Shown here: one piece after another, positions 32,131 through 43,770 of the stretch
How positions within the stretch are numbered: position 1 is the first letter of the stretch
Layout: the number at the start of each line of letters is the position of its first letter
Source of the DNA: Trichomonas gallinae
Lineage: Eukaryota
Assembly: GCA_008369845.1 (NCBI GenBank)
Contig: MRSU01000590.1
Location: forward strand, 1-64,000
Length of the DNA: 64,000 nucleotides
Reading direction: 5' to 3'
Translations under genes and position numbers: made by a program
The notes under the pieces: generated by a model
The model's database searches: none
The model's input: the letters and a program-made list of their open reading frames with translations, nothing else
What the model was told of the DNA's origin: nothing

Positions 32131-32703
32131 TTAAATTAAGATAAAAACTAAATAATATAAGTAAGTATTCATGAATATTGGATTATGTGGGATGCACGTC
32201 TTATACACCCACTTGAACCCTGTATCAAAAACCAATTCTCCAAATATTTCAACTGATGTTAAACACCAATAATGGTTACCATCAGCATTTTGACCAAGTA
32301 TTCGAAAATTAAAAGATCGACACTTCATAGTATTGTTGACAGCAAATGTTTCATTAGCCCAATTAGCATTAATTCGTTCATTGTTCGTAACATTCTCTAA
32401 TGATATCCATTCACGATCAAAGCACGATATTGTCCAATTCCTTGCAAAATATGATTGACTATAAGCCGAAACTTGGAAAGTATAATTTGTAAGGTAGATC
32501 GAAGCATTGTTTGCAACATTAATAGTAAAACTTTGATTTTCTATATCTTGTGAACACCACAGAGAATCTTTAATATCGTTATCAAATAAGTATTTGATAT
32601 CACGGTCCCTTCTGTATGTGGAATCTGCAGTGTACGAAAACAGAGATGGATATCTCCTGGTTAATCCAGCAAGACATCCATTAACATTTGGTAATATTTT
32701 CAT
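32131..32703 (-). CDS. F5/8 type C (discoidin/galactose-binding-like) domain protein with hydrophobic C-tail
   Basis: YLFD, LWCSQD, LTNYTFQ, RNWTIS, W..LE, LTSVEIFG; tail KTCIPHNPIFMNTYLYYLVFILI. Confidence 0.8.
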   Translation of the reverse strand: MKILPNVNGCLAGLTRRYPSLFSYTADSTYRRDRDIKYLFDNDIKDSLWCSQDIENQSFTINVANNASIYLTNYTFQVSAYSQSYFARNWTISCFDREWISLENVTNNERINANWANETFAVNNTMKCRSFNFRILGQNADGNHYWCLTSVEIFGELVFDTGFKWVYKTCIPHNPIFMNTYLYYLVFILI

Positions 32704-33040
32704 CTTTCGTCATTTCAACGAGATAAGAAAGAACGAAAAAACCTCAAAAATGAGATTAACAAAAAACTAACCATAATATTTGATATTTCAATGCGAAATC
32801 TATTTCTGGTGGTTTCACAAACCCAATTTTTTTGACAATTAAAACAAAATCTTTGACAAATAAAACTCAATTTTTGTCATCCACTTTTAATTTTCAGCAT
32901 TAAGGAATCAATATATAAGTTGTTTAACAACTGCTTCACTTCGGGCGTGAATTGATGAATAAACCAAAAAACCATGAATAATTTATAAAAACGCAAATTT
33001 AAAAAAAATAAAATACAAACAAAAGTAAATGTGCTGAAGA

Positions 33041-34399
33041 TCATGCCATTTCCATCGCTGCTGGCAATACTGTTGGTGTTGGAAGGACATAATCCATTAT
33101 ATCATCATATGCATCTGAATTAGCAACAAAGGAGAAGCCATCGAATGCATTTGCTCCATTCACTGGAGTACCTACAGAATCTTCCGTTGGTTCATCAAGA
33201 AACTCCTTTTCGAAATTTGTTGCCTTATTATAATCGAGTACAACTGGCTTGAACTCATGCGGAATTTTACGTTCAAGGACATCATTGAAGTTGATTCCGT
33301 TGAAAAATGGATGGTTAATTAAATACTTCATGTCTTTTCTTTCTGCTGGGTCTTTGTTGAGCAAGTTGGAAATAAGGTCAATTTCAACCTGTTGCGCATC
33401 TCCTGGGAATGAAACAGGATCATTAATGATCATATCAAATAACTTGTCCATGTTATCATCGCTCCACGGTGGCTTGCCATATAAGAGGTTGTATGCCAAA
33501 ACTCCTAATGCCCACCAGTCAATCTTCTCTCCATATTTTTCTCCCTTGATAACTTCTGGGGCAATGTATTCGGGAGTGCCACAGAACGATGTTGTGCCTT
33601 TTGAGTAAGCAATGTTCTTGACAAGACCGAAGTCTGTGAGCTTAATACAGCCTTCTGAATCCAAAAGGATATTTTCTGGTTTAAGATCTCTGTAAATAAT
33701 ACTTTTCTGGTGGATGTAATCTAAGGCTAAGGCGAGTTCTGCCATGTAAAGGCGGATATCGTGTAGCTTAAACTTTTTCATATTATTAAAATGAAATGCC
33801 ATATCGCCACCAGGAACATACTCGAAGCCCATATATACCTTAGTGGCGTTCTGGAATGCGAAGTAAATTTTGACAATGAAAGGATGATCAATTTTCATCA
33901 GGACGTTTCTTTCAGCGACGACAGTTGCGCATTTGTGAGCCTTTACTAAGCGATTTTTATGAACAGACTTAATAGCGAAGACTTGTCCACTGTTTATTTT
34001 CTGGCAGAGAGAAACTTTTCCGTAGAATCCTCTACCGATGACCGATAATACGTTGAAATCATCCATCGTAAGATGAGGTGTTTGCATTGTCATTGCCCTG
34101 ATAGTTGTTACCCAGTTATTAAGCAAGCTAGAGTCATCATCTGCTAATCTAAGGAGCTTAAAATTGGGTCCAGCTATTGTAAAATACGGATGTTTCGAAT
34201 CTAGATTGATATTGCATTCTGTCTCGCTGGTAATTGTTAGGTTTCGATCAAGTTTTTGTCGTGCAATATCATGATATATCTTCAATTTCATCTCCTGGAT
34301 GATAAGAACGCAGAACCTTTTGTGCCAGAAGCCCATTTTTGATTCTTTCATGGTAAAAAGATGACTGATTTCTCCTATTTCAGATTCTTCATTGTGCAT
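33041..34399 (-). CDS. AGC-group Ser/Thr kinase with N-terminal PH domain (PKB/Akt-like)
   Basis: PH (FWHKRFCVL...NNWVTTI), GRGFYGKV, FAIK, YRDLKPEN, DFG, TSFCGTPEYIAPE and hydrophobic motif FDGFSF. Confidence 0.95.
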   Translation of the reverse strand: MHNEESEIGEISHLFTMKESKMGFWHKRFCVLIIQEMKLKIYHDIARQKLDRNLTITSETECNINLDSKHPYFTIAGPNFKLLRLADDDSSLLNNWVTTIRAMTMQTPHLTMDDFNVLSVIGRGFYGKVSLCQKINSGQVFAIKSVHKNRLVKAHKCATVVAERNVLMKIDHPFIVKIYFAFQNATKVYMGFEYVPGGDMAFHFNNMKKFKLHDIRLYMAELALALDYIHQKSIIYRDLKPENILLDSEGCIKLTDFGLVKNIAYSKGTTSFCGTPEYIAPEVIKGEKYGEKIDWWALGVLAYNLLYGKPPWSDDNMDKLFDMIINDPVSFPGDAQQVEIDLISNLLNKDPAERKDMKYLINHPFFNGINFNDVLERKIPHEFKPVVLDYNKATNFEKEFLDEPTEDSVGTPVNGANAFDGFSFVANSDAYDDIMDYVLPTPTVLPAAMEMA

Positions 34400-35205
34400 T
34401 AAAAAAATGTAAAATTGAGGTTATGTAAATTTTTTTTTGCTTCAATCGGGAGAAAATTATTAATAAACACATAGGGACCAAAATCATGTTGTAGGTTTGA
34501 CAATATAGAAAAAATTGAATATTGATTATTGTGAAAGACTGTCAATAAAATCAGTGTTTTTATACAATAATGAATCCATTTAACAATAAAATTGTATTCT
34601 ATCAATTTTTGAAAACAAATCGGTCATTATTATATAATATCATATGATTATTATTATAACTGTAAATATAATATTTGTCACCTTTCAGAAAAGTGCACGG
34701 ACATGTAAACCATTCAATATTTTAATAGTTTACACTCAAAACACTCTGAAACGACGAGAAAAACCATTTTAAAATATCAATACATAATGTACGGATCATG
34801 AAACACAAAGTGCCTAATGAGAGAAACAGAATTATATTTGTTTCATCAAAATATTGGGAATAGTATGTTTATTAGTTGCCATTTCATGATTTTACAAAGA
34901 TGCAGTTTTGGGAATAGAGAATTTAAAATTTTGAAAAGCCATAACGATAATCCCTTCCTCAATTTTGAAAATTTGTCAAATTCAGAACAATTCAAATCTC
35001 GTCAATAATTTAAACCATACTGCTATTCATATAAAACATATTTTTTTGTTGTTTTCAAATTGAATAAAAATATCTTCTTACATATGTCAATAATATTGCT
35101 AATATTTAAACTATTCTTTCTCGGTTTCTAAAATTCTCTAACGGAGTTACAATTTTCATAACAATTTAGTTCAACTCAAATATGAATAATTTATATATTA
35201 CTAAT

Positions 35206-36300
35206 TCATATTTTAGTAAAATTTCTGCGAATTAATAAAATTTTAAAAACTTGTTTGGCAAAAATAATGTATTGACTATATATAATCAAATTATGCAAAA
35301 TCAGAAAATAAGTTTGTAACGGTTTTATTTTCCCTTTCAATTTCAGAAATTCGAAAAATTCTGATATGATGAAATCCGCTTGGTTTGAACATTCTCCGTT
35401 GCATTCTTTTCCACGCTTTAATGCAATGATAGTGTTTATTTGATCTATTTCTTCTTTTTTACAGTCAAGATTCCCCAATATCGGATATCAACCATGATTA
35501 CTCGAAAACCTCATATTTATTCCATCAATACATGCTATATACGTCGATAAAACCGCAAATTCCATAAACATATTTTTTCCGAAATTGAAAAACCATGGAT
35601 AATTCATGTTTTATTATGATATTAGCTATATTTATGTCTGTAGAGTTATATACCTTTTCCTTTTCGATATTGACTGTGAGATTTTTTTCAACATTTAAAA
35701 TTTTTGACGGTTTTTCCATATTTGGTCGCCACCTTTTAGATATATGGACTAAGACAAACCTTATTAAATGGAAACTACAAAATCTAATTTTAATCGTCTA
35801 AATTTCCGATCATCTCAGGAATTCACGCAATTTTAACCCGTTATAAGACATAATAAATCTCTATAAAGTCATAATATTTAAGCAATTTGATGAAAAAACA
35901 GAGATTTTTGAATTCAAATTTTATATCGTTTTTAAAAACTAAAAATTCAGCCATAAATTTTTCTTTATGAGTTACTTAGGAAATATAACATCTATTACTG
36001 GACTATTTATACACTTGGATATATAGTTAAGATTTGATGAATTAATATGAGTAATTCTGGATTATTTTTCTATACCAAATGCTTCATATATGCGTCCAAA
36101 TACTATTTAAGTTGGTTTAATTTCTTTAATTCATTACATAAATAAAGGACAGTTTGCAACTTGTCCATTCCAACGTTGACTTAAAATGCCTTGAGGAAAA
36201 TCATCCACAACTACAATATTGTTATTATTCAGATTTTTGTAAAGATTTTTATTAATTGATTGGAGTTGAAAATTCCAGATTTACAAAAATATGTTACGAA
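35206..36300 (-). pseudogene. Possible decayed coding remnant of unknown family
   Basis: Protein-like minus-strand fragments (NIVVVDDFPQGILSQRWNGQVAN; IVFGRIYEAFG; YPILGNLDC...GECSNQADFIISEFFEFL) interrupted by many stops. Boundaries are approximate. Confidence 0.3.
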
Positions 36301-36841
36301 AATGTATTATATGTTCATCGCTATCACAATTATCTTCTCAAATTAATTTTTTGATTTATTTTGGCTTATGGCTTTCTAATTGATGTGTTGGTGTTCTTAT
36401 GATTGTTTAATAGTTTTTCAAGTATAAGTCATGTCATGACACCCTGCACTTAAAAATTTGAATTAATCAATAAGAGTTTCTAAATGATGAAACAGAATAT
36501 CATCCTATTTATACGAAGTCTCTGGTATTAGTTGTATTATCGCATGGAGGAAGTTTCTATTTTGGGAATTTTATTCTATCTTTTGTGTGCATACATAATT
36601 CTTAGACATTTTATGATTTGAAACTACTGATATTTTAGGATATTTTTTGAATAACATAGAAATCATTGAAATCCAATATAGCAATTTTTATATTCTTCAT
36701 TACATTTCATAGGAATGTTTATGTTAATTGCTTCCAGACTTCGATATCTATATAATATTAACAGTTTTAACTTAAATCAAATGTAGGTTGTGAATTATAA
36801 TTTGCACAAATTGTTTATTACAACAATGTCATAAAATATAA

Positions 36842-37852
36842 TTATCTAGTATTTAAGGTAGTGATAGCAGATTCTAGTAAAGCATAAGATATTTGTGATG
36901 AAGCAAAACTTTCTTGATTGAAAATTTGCTGTGTGAAAGGGAATATTGCATGACAATATTGAGTGCTTAAATGAGGAAGATGATTCACAAAATATTTAAC
37001 AGTAGTTTTACTATATGGATCTGGTGTGTAACATTGTTCAATAGTCCAAATATTAGAGACCACTATCCAAAAAATATCATTTATATATAAATTGTCCAAA
37101 AAAGAACAATATCCAATTTGCATATTTTTAGAATTACTAATAAATATAATTCCATGATTTTGTTTACCTGTTGCATTGTTTCCTAAATAATTGCATCTAA
37201 AAATCCTTTGATTTGAAGATAAGTGATGAAGAGTAATTCCAAAGTTCTCAGATGTATTATTACAAATAGTCGAATAGTTTATGATATTTAAATAATTTGA
37301 ATTATACAAACATTTTACAGCGCTTGATCTATGACAGTCATTATAAGAAATATTTGTCGAATCAATGATTTGTTTACCGCGTTCATTATACAGCGTACTG
37401 CTAAAACCTTGACTTTTCGTAATCGAGCTTTCAATGACAAAATTTTCTTCAGTTGTTTTAACAGCTGAATGAGCTCCTACTAAATTCCCATTAGTAGGTA
37501 TAATTGAACCAAAACTGCAAACACGATATTGGATGCACAATTCATTTTCAATATAAATGGATCCTCCATTGATATTCGAACTGCAGTTCTCAAATAATGT
37601 ATTTGCAAAAATTACATTTTTTCCATCGTTATTAGCTATATTCAGCGCAGTAGCATTTTTAATGTTTTTATAAACATTATTTAATATAAGATAATCGCCT
37701 GCCTCATAAACAAGCCGATTCTTTTGACAAATAACAGAAGGTTCAGTATCTTCATTTACAAATCTATCCCAGATTTGTTCACCTCTATGCAAAAAAACGA
37801 GTAAGTTTGTAATCAGCCTCTGAACAGGCTGATTACAGAGGTTGGACTACAT
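36842..37852 (-). CDS. Beta-helix-like family gene with TAG as codon 2 (pseudogene or readthrough candidate)
   Basis: ATG at 37852, TAG at 37849-37847, then an uninterrupted in-frame ORF to 36842 with IWDRF, NGGSIYI, IQYRVCS, VIESSIT and HLPHLSTQYCHA. Confidence 0.65.
37808..37837. other. Perfect 12-bp inverted repeat with 6-nt loop
   Basis: TGTAATCAGCCT-CTGAAC-AGGCTGATTACA. Confidence 0.9.
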
Positions 37853-37981
37853 TTTAATTTTGCCACTTTTATGTCTTGATTCAATTTTAATTTTCAATAA
37901 AACCGTTTCAATAGAAAAAAAAGCTGCCAAAACAATATTATTAATAGGATTGATCATTAAACGATAAAAAACAATCTTTAT

Positions 37982-40360
37982 TCAAATTCCATCATCATCT
38001 GCATTAGAATTATCGCCACTGTCTGGCATGTCACATAAATCTGCAGCTATTCTCAACAATTCTGCACAATATTTTCTTCCATTCTTCACAGCATGCTGTA
38101 ATGCTGTCATTCCTGTAGAGTCAGTGATGTCTAAGTTTATTTTCAGATTTCTTGCAAGGGTTCTGATTGATCCAATTCTTCCTTTAATTGCTGCAACAAT
38201 CAAAGCTGTTCGTCCATATTTATCTTGTATGTTCAAGTCAGTTTCATCTCTTAAAGTTAGCATGTGACAGATCTCTGAATTGTCAGCTAAAACAGCTTTA
38301 TGCAGTGGAGTCTGCCCGAAAGCATCTTGAGCGTTAATGTCTGCATTTCCTGGCTGTATCAGAAAACATGCCATTTCAAATCTTCCACTTTCACAAGCAA
38401 TATGTAGTGGAGTGCGTTGATTGTGATCTCTCATATTTACGTCCAAATCTTTCGATCTGTATTGATACATGATGTTGCCTAACTGATAATGTCCATATCT
38501 TGCTACATAATGCATTGGAGACCATCCTATTGCGCTCTGCATGTTGACTAGTGTCTTGGGATGTGTTGTCAAAAATTTCAAGATGTCAATGTGAACGATT
38601 CTATTTTGTTCTCGAATGTAAACTTCCAATTTAACTTCACTTCCTTGCTCGCTTTTCACCATATTCCTGACAAAGTGTGTTCCACAAGAATCAGGATTTC
38701 TCGTTGCTATGTGGATTGGTGCATCACCTTCATTGTTAAGAACATTAGGATCAATTCTCTCTGATGCACAAAGTGCTTTAACAACATCAAGACAGTTGTC
38801 AAGAGATCCAATGTGTAATGCTGTGTTTCCTTCAGAATCTTGAGCGTTCAGATCAAGCTTATCTGATATCATCAAAGTGACAATACTAGTAGCATCACTG
38901 TTCTTAGCTGCAATAAGTAAAGCAGTGTTTCCTTCTTTGTCACGTTTGTTTATATCCAAATCGGGGCAATTTAGAAGTTCGTGAATTATTGAGAAATGTC
39001 CACTTTTTGCAGCAATGATTAGTGAGGTCCTTCCTTCACTATCGGCTGCATTGACATTTAAAGTTTTCTTGGAGATGAAATAGCTGAAGACTTCTCTGCT
39101 GCCGACATTTGCCGCATATCTGAGATTTTCTTCATCAAAAGAAACTGAATTGTTTTCAACCAAGAATTTTAATAATCGTATATTATTACTTGAAACTACG
39201 TTTTGCAAAATCGTTCCATAAAGATCCGAAACAATTGTCAAATCATGAACATGTGATCTATAAATGTGCTGGAATAAGCTATAATGATGGAAAAGCGCTG
39301 CAATGTGAAGAGCATTTGAAAAATCGCAATTTTTGTTTTTGACAATGTTGAAACATTCAATTGAATTTCCAGCAACGCAGAAATCGATTAAACCATTTCC
39401 TTTGTCATCTCTGAGACTTATATCAGCACCTTTTTCTAATAAAATCTCTAAACAGTCAGAAGAATTAAAATATGCAGAATATTGAATCAATGTTGGATGA
39501 TTTTGAATAAACCAGCATGGCTCGAAGCAATGAGGCTTAATTCGTTGATTAACATCAAAGTTTGGCTTGGAAACAATTTCTTTTAGTTTTGTATAGTTAT
39601 TTGTTCTAATAATTTTTTCGATGCTGTTTTCATCGATAATTGTCTTCATTTGCTGGTTCCATAGCTTCCAATTATTTTCTTTAAGCTTTTCGAAATTGTC
39701 CAAAAGCTCAGCAAAATGAGATGGAAGATGTCCAGAAATATTTTCGTAATCTACGATAGAATGTAAGTGCCAGAAGAATGTAGGATCACCAACGAGTATT
39801 TGTGGTGCAAACCATTCGAACATCCTGCATAAATGATATCTTCTTGATGAACAAGTCTTCCAAAAATTATTAATAACAACTACCAACATTTTGAGATCAA
39901 GGAGGCCAATATCGAAACACTGTTTTAAGAAGCATAATCGACAAGAATGTAAAACAGAATTTGCATTTGCTAAATGTGAGTAAATTCCCCATTTGATTAA
40001 TGCTCTGCACATCATTTTCTTTTCTTCTGGATTGTTATTTATTAATTCTGCTGTTAATTTCGCAAGTTGAGGAATCGAAAGCGGCTGATATTCGGCTGCA
40101 AAGTATATATTTGAAATGAATTGGTTGAAGTAATGAACATCTTTGTAGTAAATTGATTCTTTTAATATTGGAATCGAATATTCGAATTGTGTTGCCTTCA
40201 AATTCATCAGAAGGTTCTGTAATTGCGTGATATTTTCGATCTCTGTCTCCTCTTGTTCGGTTGTTAAAGGAACATTTCTCAGAGGCTCGAAAAAATCACG
40301 CATATTCATTCTTTTTATTTTTGAAAATTTCACTTCTAATTTCTTTTTGTTTTTAGTCAT
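37982..40360 (-). CDS. Ankyrin-repeat protein with DUF3447-like N-terminal region
   Basis: PTLIQYSAYF, then more than 10 ANK repeats (GRTSLIIAA, GNTALHI, RTPLHIAC, GQTPLHKA). The true start may be one of the downstream Mets (MNMRDF). Confidence 0.92.
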   Translation of the reverse strand: MTKNKKKLEVKFSKIKRMNMRDFFEPLRNVPLTTEQEETEIENITQLQNLLMNLKATQFEYSIPILKESIYYKDVHYFNQFISNIYFAAEYQPLSIPQLAKLTAELINNNPEEKKMMCRALIKWGIYSHLANANSVLHSCRLCFLKQCFDIGLLDLKMLVVVINNFWKTCSSRRYHLCRMFEWFAPQILVGDPTFFWHLHSIVDYENISGHLPSHFAELLDNFEKLKENNWKLWNQQMKTIIDENSIEKIIRTNNYTKLKEIVSKPNFDVNQRIKPHCFEPCWFIQNHPTLIQYSAYFNSSDCLEILLEKGADISLRDDKGNGLIDFCVAGNSIECFNIVKNKNCDFSNALHIAALFHHYSLFQHIYRSHVHDLTIVSDLYGTILQNVVSSNNIRLLKFLVENNSVSFDEENLRYAANVGSREVFSYFISKKTLNVNAADSEGRTSLIIAAKSGHFSIIHELLNCPDLDINKRDKEGNTALLIAAKNSDATSIVTLMISDKLDLNAQDSEGNTALHIGSLDNCLDVVKALCASERIDPNVLNNEGDAPIHIATRNPDSCGTHFVRNMVKSEQGSEVKLEVYIREQNRIVHIDILKFLTTHPKTLVNMQSAIGWSPMHYVARYGHYQLGNIMYQYRSKDLDVNMRDHNQRTPLHIACESGRFEMACFLIQPGNADINAQDAFGQTPLHKAVLADNSEICHMLTLRDETDLNIQDKYGRTALIVAAIKGRIGSIRTLARNLKINLDITDSTGMTALQHAVKNGRKYCAELLRIAADLCDMPDSGDNSNADDDGI

Positions 40361-40728
40361 ATATTATCCAAAGTTCACTTTTTCTCATATAATATAAGAA
40401 AAAAGTCAAACTTATTTTCAAATCTTCATTTCTTTAGCAAATGCAATAATATAAAGTAGCCATTCGAATTAACTACTCATAGACTTCATTATATTCTTTT
40501 TAAAAGTCACAGTTTCAAACTCATTTATAAGAAAAATTTTATTCATTGTCCAAATGCTTTATATTGCAAGATTTAAATATACTTGTCGCAGAGATTTTGT
40601 ATTTAATAAGAAAATTTATAACCAACAAATCAATATAAAAATTGAATAATAATAAGTTAATAGTCTGACTTAAAGACTGAGTGAGTATAATTTGTTATAG
40701 TAAATACAGCAATTGTTGATATGATAAA

Positions 40729-41007
40729 TCAGTCTGAAATTTGACTTTCGATTGCTTTAAGAATTGCTTCGTATTCTTTAGCTTCCTCCGGATCAATCGG
40801 ATCATCATCGTCTGAACTTAATTTATCCATAATTTCTTTAACGGATTTATCCAAAAATTGAGATTCTGCTGCGTAATTTTTATCTTTTAACGTTTGAGAT
40901 TCCTTTCTGTCGAAAATTAATTTGTGTTCAGCCTTTGGACCAGGCTTAAGCGGTACAAGCTCTTCCTGGTTTTTATCATTCATGCAAAGTGAACAAACTG
41001 CACCCAT
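40729..41007 (-). CDS. Small predicted myristoylated/palmitoylated protein (Ego1/LAMTOR1-like N-terminus)
   Basis: MGAVCSLC acylation motif, acidic EELVPL, acidic C-terminus; upstream TGACACGTAAA motif supports a real gene. Confidence 0.7.
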   Translation of the reverse strand: MGAVCSLCMNDKNQEELVPLKPGPKAEHKLIFDRKESQTLKDKNYAAESQFLDKSVKEIMDKLSSDDDDPIDPEEAKEYEAILKAIESQISD

Positions 41008-41387
41008 TTATATATAATTTTGACAAAATTTATTTACGTGTCAAAATAATAGTTTTGAATTTTATCAAAACAAAAAGTGAGTTTCTAAAGGTTTGAGACA
41101 GATAATAACCACAAAAATGAACATAAATTTGCTAAATAAAGCTACATTCTAGTTTTTATAATTATTTATCTATAAATACATTTTAATGATTATATTTTTC
41201 ATCATATATGAATCAAAATATCTTTTATTTTTCTAATATTAAAGTTGTAAGATTTATTAGTGATATACATATTCAATAGAATTAAAGATATTAAAAAAAT
41301 GTTAAAATTGAACACTATTAGTAAGTTTTTAAATGATAAAACGATATTCATAACATTACAAATAATAAGGTATAAGACATAACAAAT

Positions 41388-42257
41388 CTATAAATTAGAG
41401 TCTTCTTCTTGTTGTTGATTAAATTGCTGATATTCTTTGATAGCAGCTTTCAGTTGCTGATTAGCAGCAATTAGATCTTTTCTTTCTTTATCAGCTTTAA
41501 TGAATTCTTGTTTCATTACAGTTAACGCTTGTCTGAGGGTATTAATCGAATTGTTGAGATCTTCTCTTTCTTTAATATAATTAGCATTACACTCATCTAT
41601 CGCATCTGCACGTTGCTGTAAAACGGCAATTCTCGCTTGCAAATCTTTAATTGTTTGATCTTTAGCTTCAAACTCATGTCTATGTACTACTCTTATCTCT
41701 GATTTACTACTAAATTCCTTTTGCATCGAAATTATTGTGGATTGCATTAATTGCAATTGTTGAGGTAAAGTAAGTTCATCGATATTATCTGTGAATCCTT
41801 TAAGAGATTCGGAGAGATCAGTACCATATTCCTTTTCTTTCATAGAATTCTCTAAAACAAGAAGAGTCTGTAATATTTCATTGCACATTTGACGATTTTG
41901 AACGGCTGATGACTGGTTTTCTTGTGATATTTTTACCATTTCTTCTTTTTCTTGTTCAACTTTCTCTTTTTCGTTCTGGTAATTTTGAAGTTCTTTTTGT
42001 AAATTGATTAATTGTGTTTTAAGCATCTCTATTTCACGCGATTGCTTAAATATTTTTTGAGAAATTTCTTTTGATGGCGAAATAGTGTTTGATGTTAGTG
42101 ATTGGATGTATTTTTGACAATCTTCTCGAAATTTCGAATGCGTTGCTTTCAAGACAGTCAATTCTGCAGTAAGATCTCGAATTGTCTGATATAAATAGGC
42201 GTTTTCAGCTTCAAGGGTTGCATTTCTATCTACTATTTGTTGTATTTCATCATTCAT
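41388..42257 (-). CDS. Coiled-coil protein
   Basis: 289-aa heptad-rich ORF with an upstream motif cluster. Confidence 0.8.
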   Translation of the reverse strand: MNDEIQQIVDRNATLEAENAYLYQTIRDLTAELTVLKATHSKFREDCQKYIQSLTSNTISPSKEISQKIFKQSREIEMLKTQLINLQKELQNYQNEKEKVEQEKEEMVKISQENQSSAVQNRQMCNEILQTLLVLENSMKEKEYGTDLSESLKGFTDNIDELTLPQQLQLMQSTIISMQKEFSSKSEIRVVHRHEFEAKDQTIKDLQARIAVLQQRADAIDECNANYIKEREDLNNSINTLRQALTVMKQEFIKADKERKDLIAANQQLKAAIKEYQQFNQQQEEDSNL

Positions 42258-42811
42258 TTTCAGATTTTATATCGTTTAGATATTTTTTTCACTTTACAAA
42301 TGTTTACATGTCAAAAATATTTTACATAATTTACATGACAAAATAATTTGATTTATGCCATGTAAAATTGCTTTACAAAAATTACATGTCATAAATATTA
42401 TCATTTGTTGATTTATAACAATTCATTCATCGATTTAAGTTTTTATGTCATAGAAATCAATATAGTTCATTTCAAAGAAGCTATTTTTGGATTAAGAAAC
42501 AATATTTGGCGAAATAAGTAATTATCTCATCAAATATAATTTTTAGCAGCTATAATTTCCATAGAATAATTATTTTGATTTTTTAATATTATATTTCATT
42601 CAGTATTTTGTGATTAAGCAAAATTCAAATGTCAATATTATTTTCATATTATGTAATGAATTTTGGATGATCTTATATGAATCCTGATGTAATACTTTAC
42701 GTATAGACTTCAAAGATAACCTTTAGTGGTAATTATCAAAATATAGAGAATTGAGCGATTTTATTAAGTAAAGTTAATATGATATCCTGTGCATTATTGC
42801 AAAATAGTTTC

Positions 42812-43216
42812 TTAAGCGAATGACTCCTTGACTGACTCTAAATATGTATTAGCAGCTGGAACAAGGCGGGCTGTTGTAGCTGGGAGATCGAATGTGAAAA
42901 GAAGAACGATTGGCTTCTTTCCTTCAGCACGCTGGCTCTTGATGATGCAGAAACCATCTGTCTTCTTTGTATTTGGATCTGCGCGGCCATAAAGGAGACC
43001 ATCGTAAAAGCGGTGAACATGGAAGTGAAGGCCATTATATGTGACACCAGCCTTAACTGTTTCATCGAAGTCCTTGAACAATCCAAGCCATGTTGTTATT
43101 TCTTCTGGCTTGACTTCTGTTGTTGAAAGTAACTGTGTGCCTTCCTCTGTGAAAATTACGAAGTTTGTCCACTCTGGGTTAGCAGTTTTGATCTGTTCAA
43201 CTGTTGGTGCAGACAT
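42812..43216 (-). CDS. Profilin-like protein
   Basis: 134 aa; FVIFTEEG, VKPEEI, GVTYNGLHFHV, LLYGR, GFCIIKS and terminal ANTYL helix fit the profilin fold; strong codon bias. Confidence 0.75.
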   Translation of the reverse strand: MSAPTVEQIKTANPEWTNFVIFTEEGTQLLSTTEVKPEEITTWLGLFKDFDETVKAGVTYNGLHFHVHRFYDGLLYGRADPNTKKTDGFCIIKSQRAEGKKPIVLLFTFDLPATTARLVPAANTYLESVKESFA

Positions 43217-43770
43217 TTACAAGAAATGTTTATGTGAATTTACATCATTGATAAAATTGAATGGTGTATGATCCAAATTTTATCTAATTTTTCAATATTA
43301 TTTATCTATAACATATGATAATAAATATTGCTAAAGTAGGGGATTTGTAAATACTTCAAATTAAATCATTAAATTTTAAGCCATGGGAAATTGAGATTAT
43401 AATATCTAAAATGCATATATTCCAGATTCACCATCAAAACTTGTTATTTCACTGTCATTAATAAAATGTTGATAAGCTATTTCTGCCTCTGATATTCAAC
43501 CTACATAATCTACTACTCTTTAATATATATTATTCATAGTCTCATATAAGGATTTTTAGTATTGATCACACTTGAACTCCTAATATGTTGATATCAACGA
43601 ATTATATGTTCTATATTTTAAAAATCATCTCATATTTTCTTGGTAAACTATGAAAAATGGCTATATTCGAATAGTTTATAATTCAATAAAATAAATTTGC
43701 GAAGAAAAACATAAATTTTATGATAGTTAACAAGTGTAACACAATGACTTATTGATAAAGTATTTTTCGA

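Noticed and set aside
7824..43216. Actin-related gene cluster (FERM, Kelch, ARPC2, profilin)
   Set aside because: Scattered over 35 kb among unrelated genes; no evidence of functional clustering.
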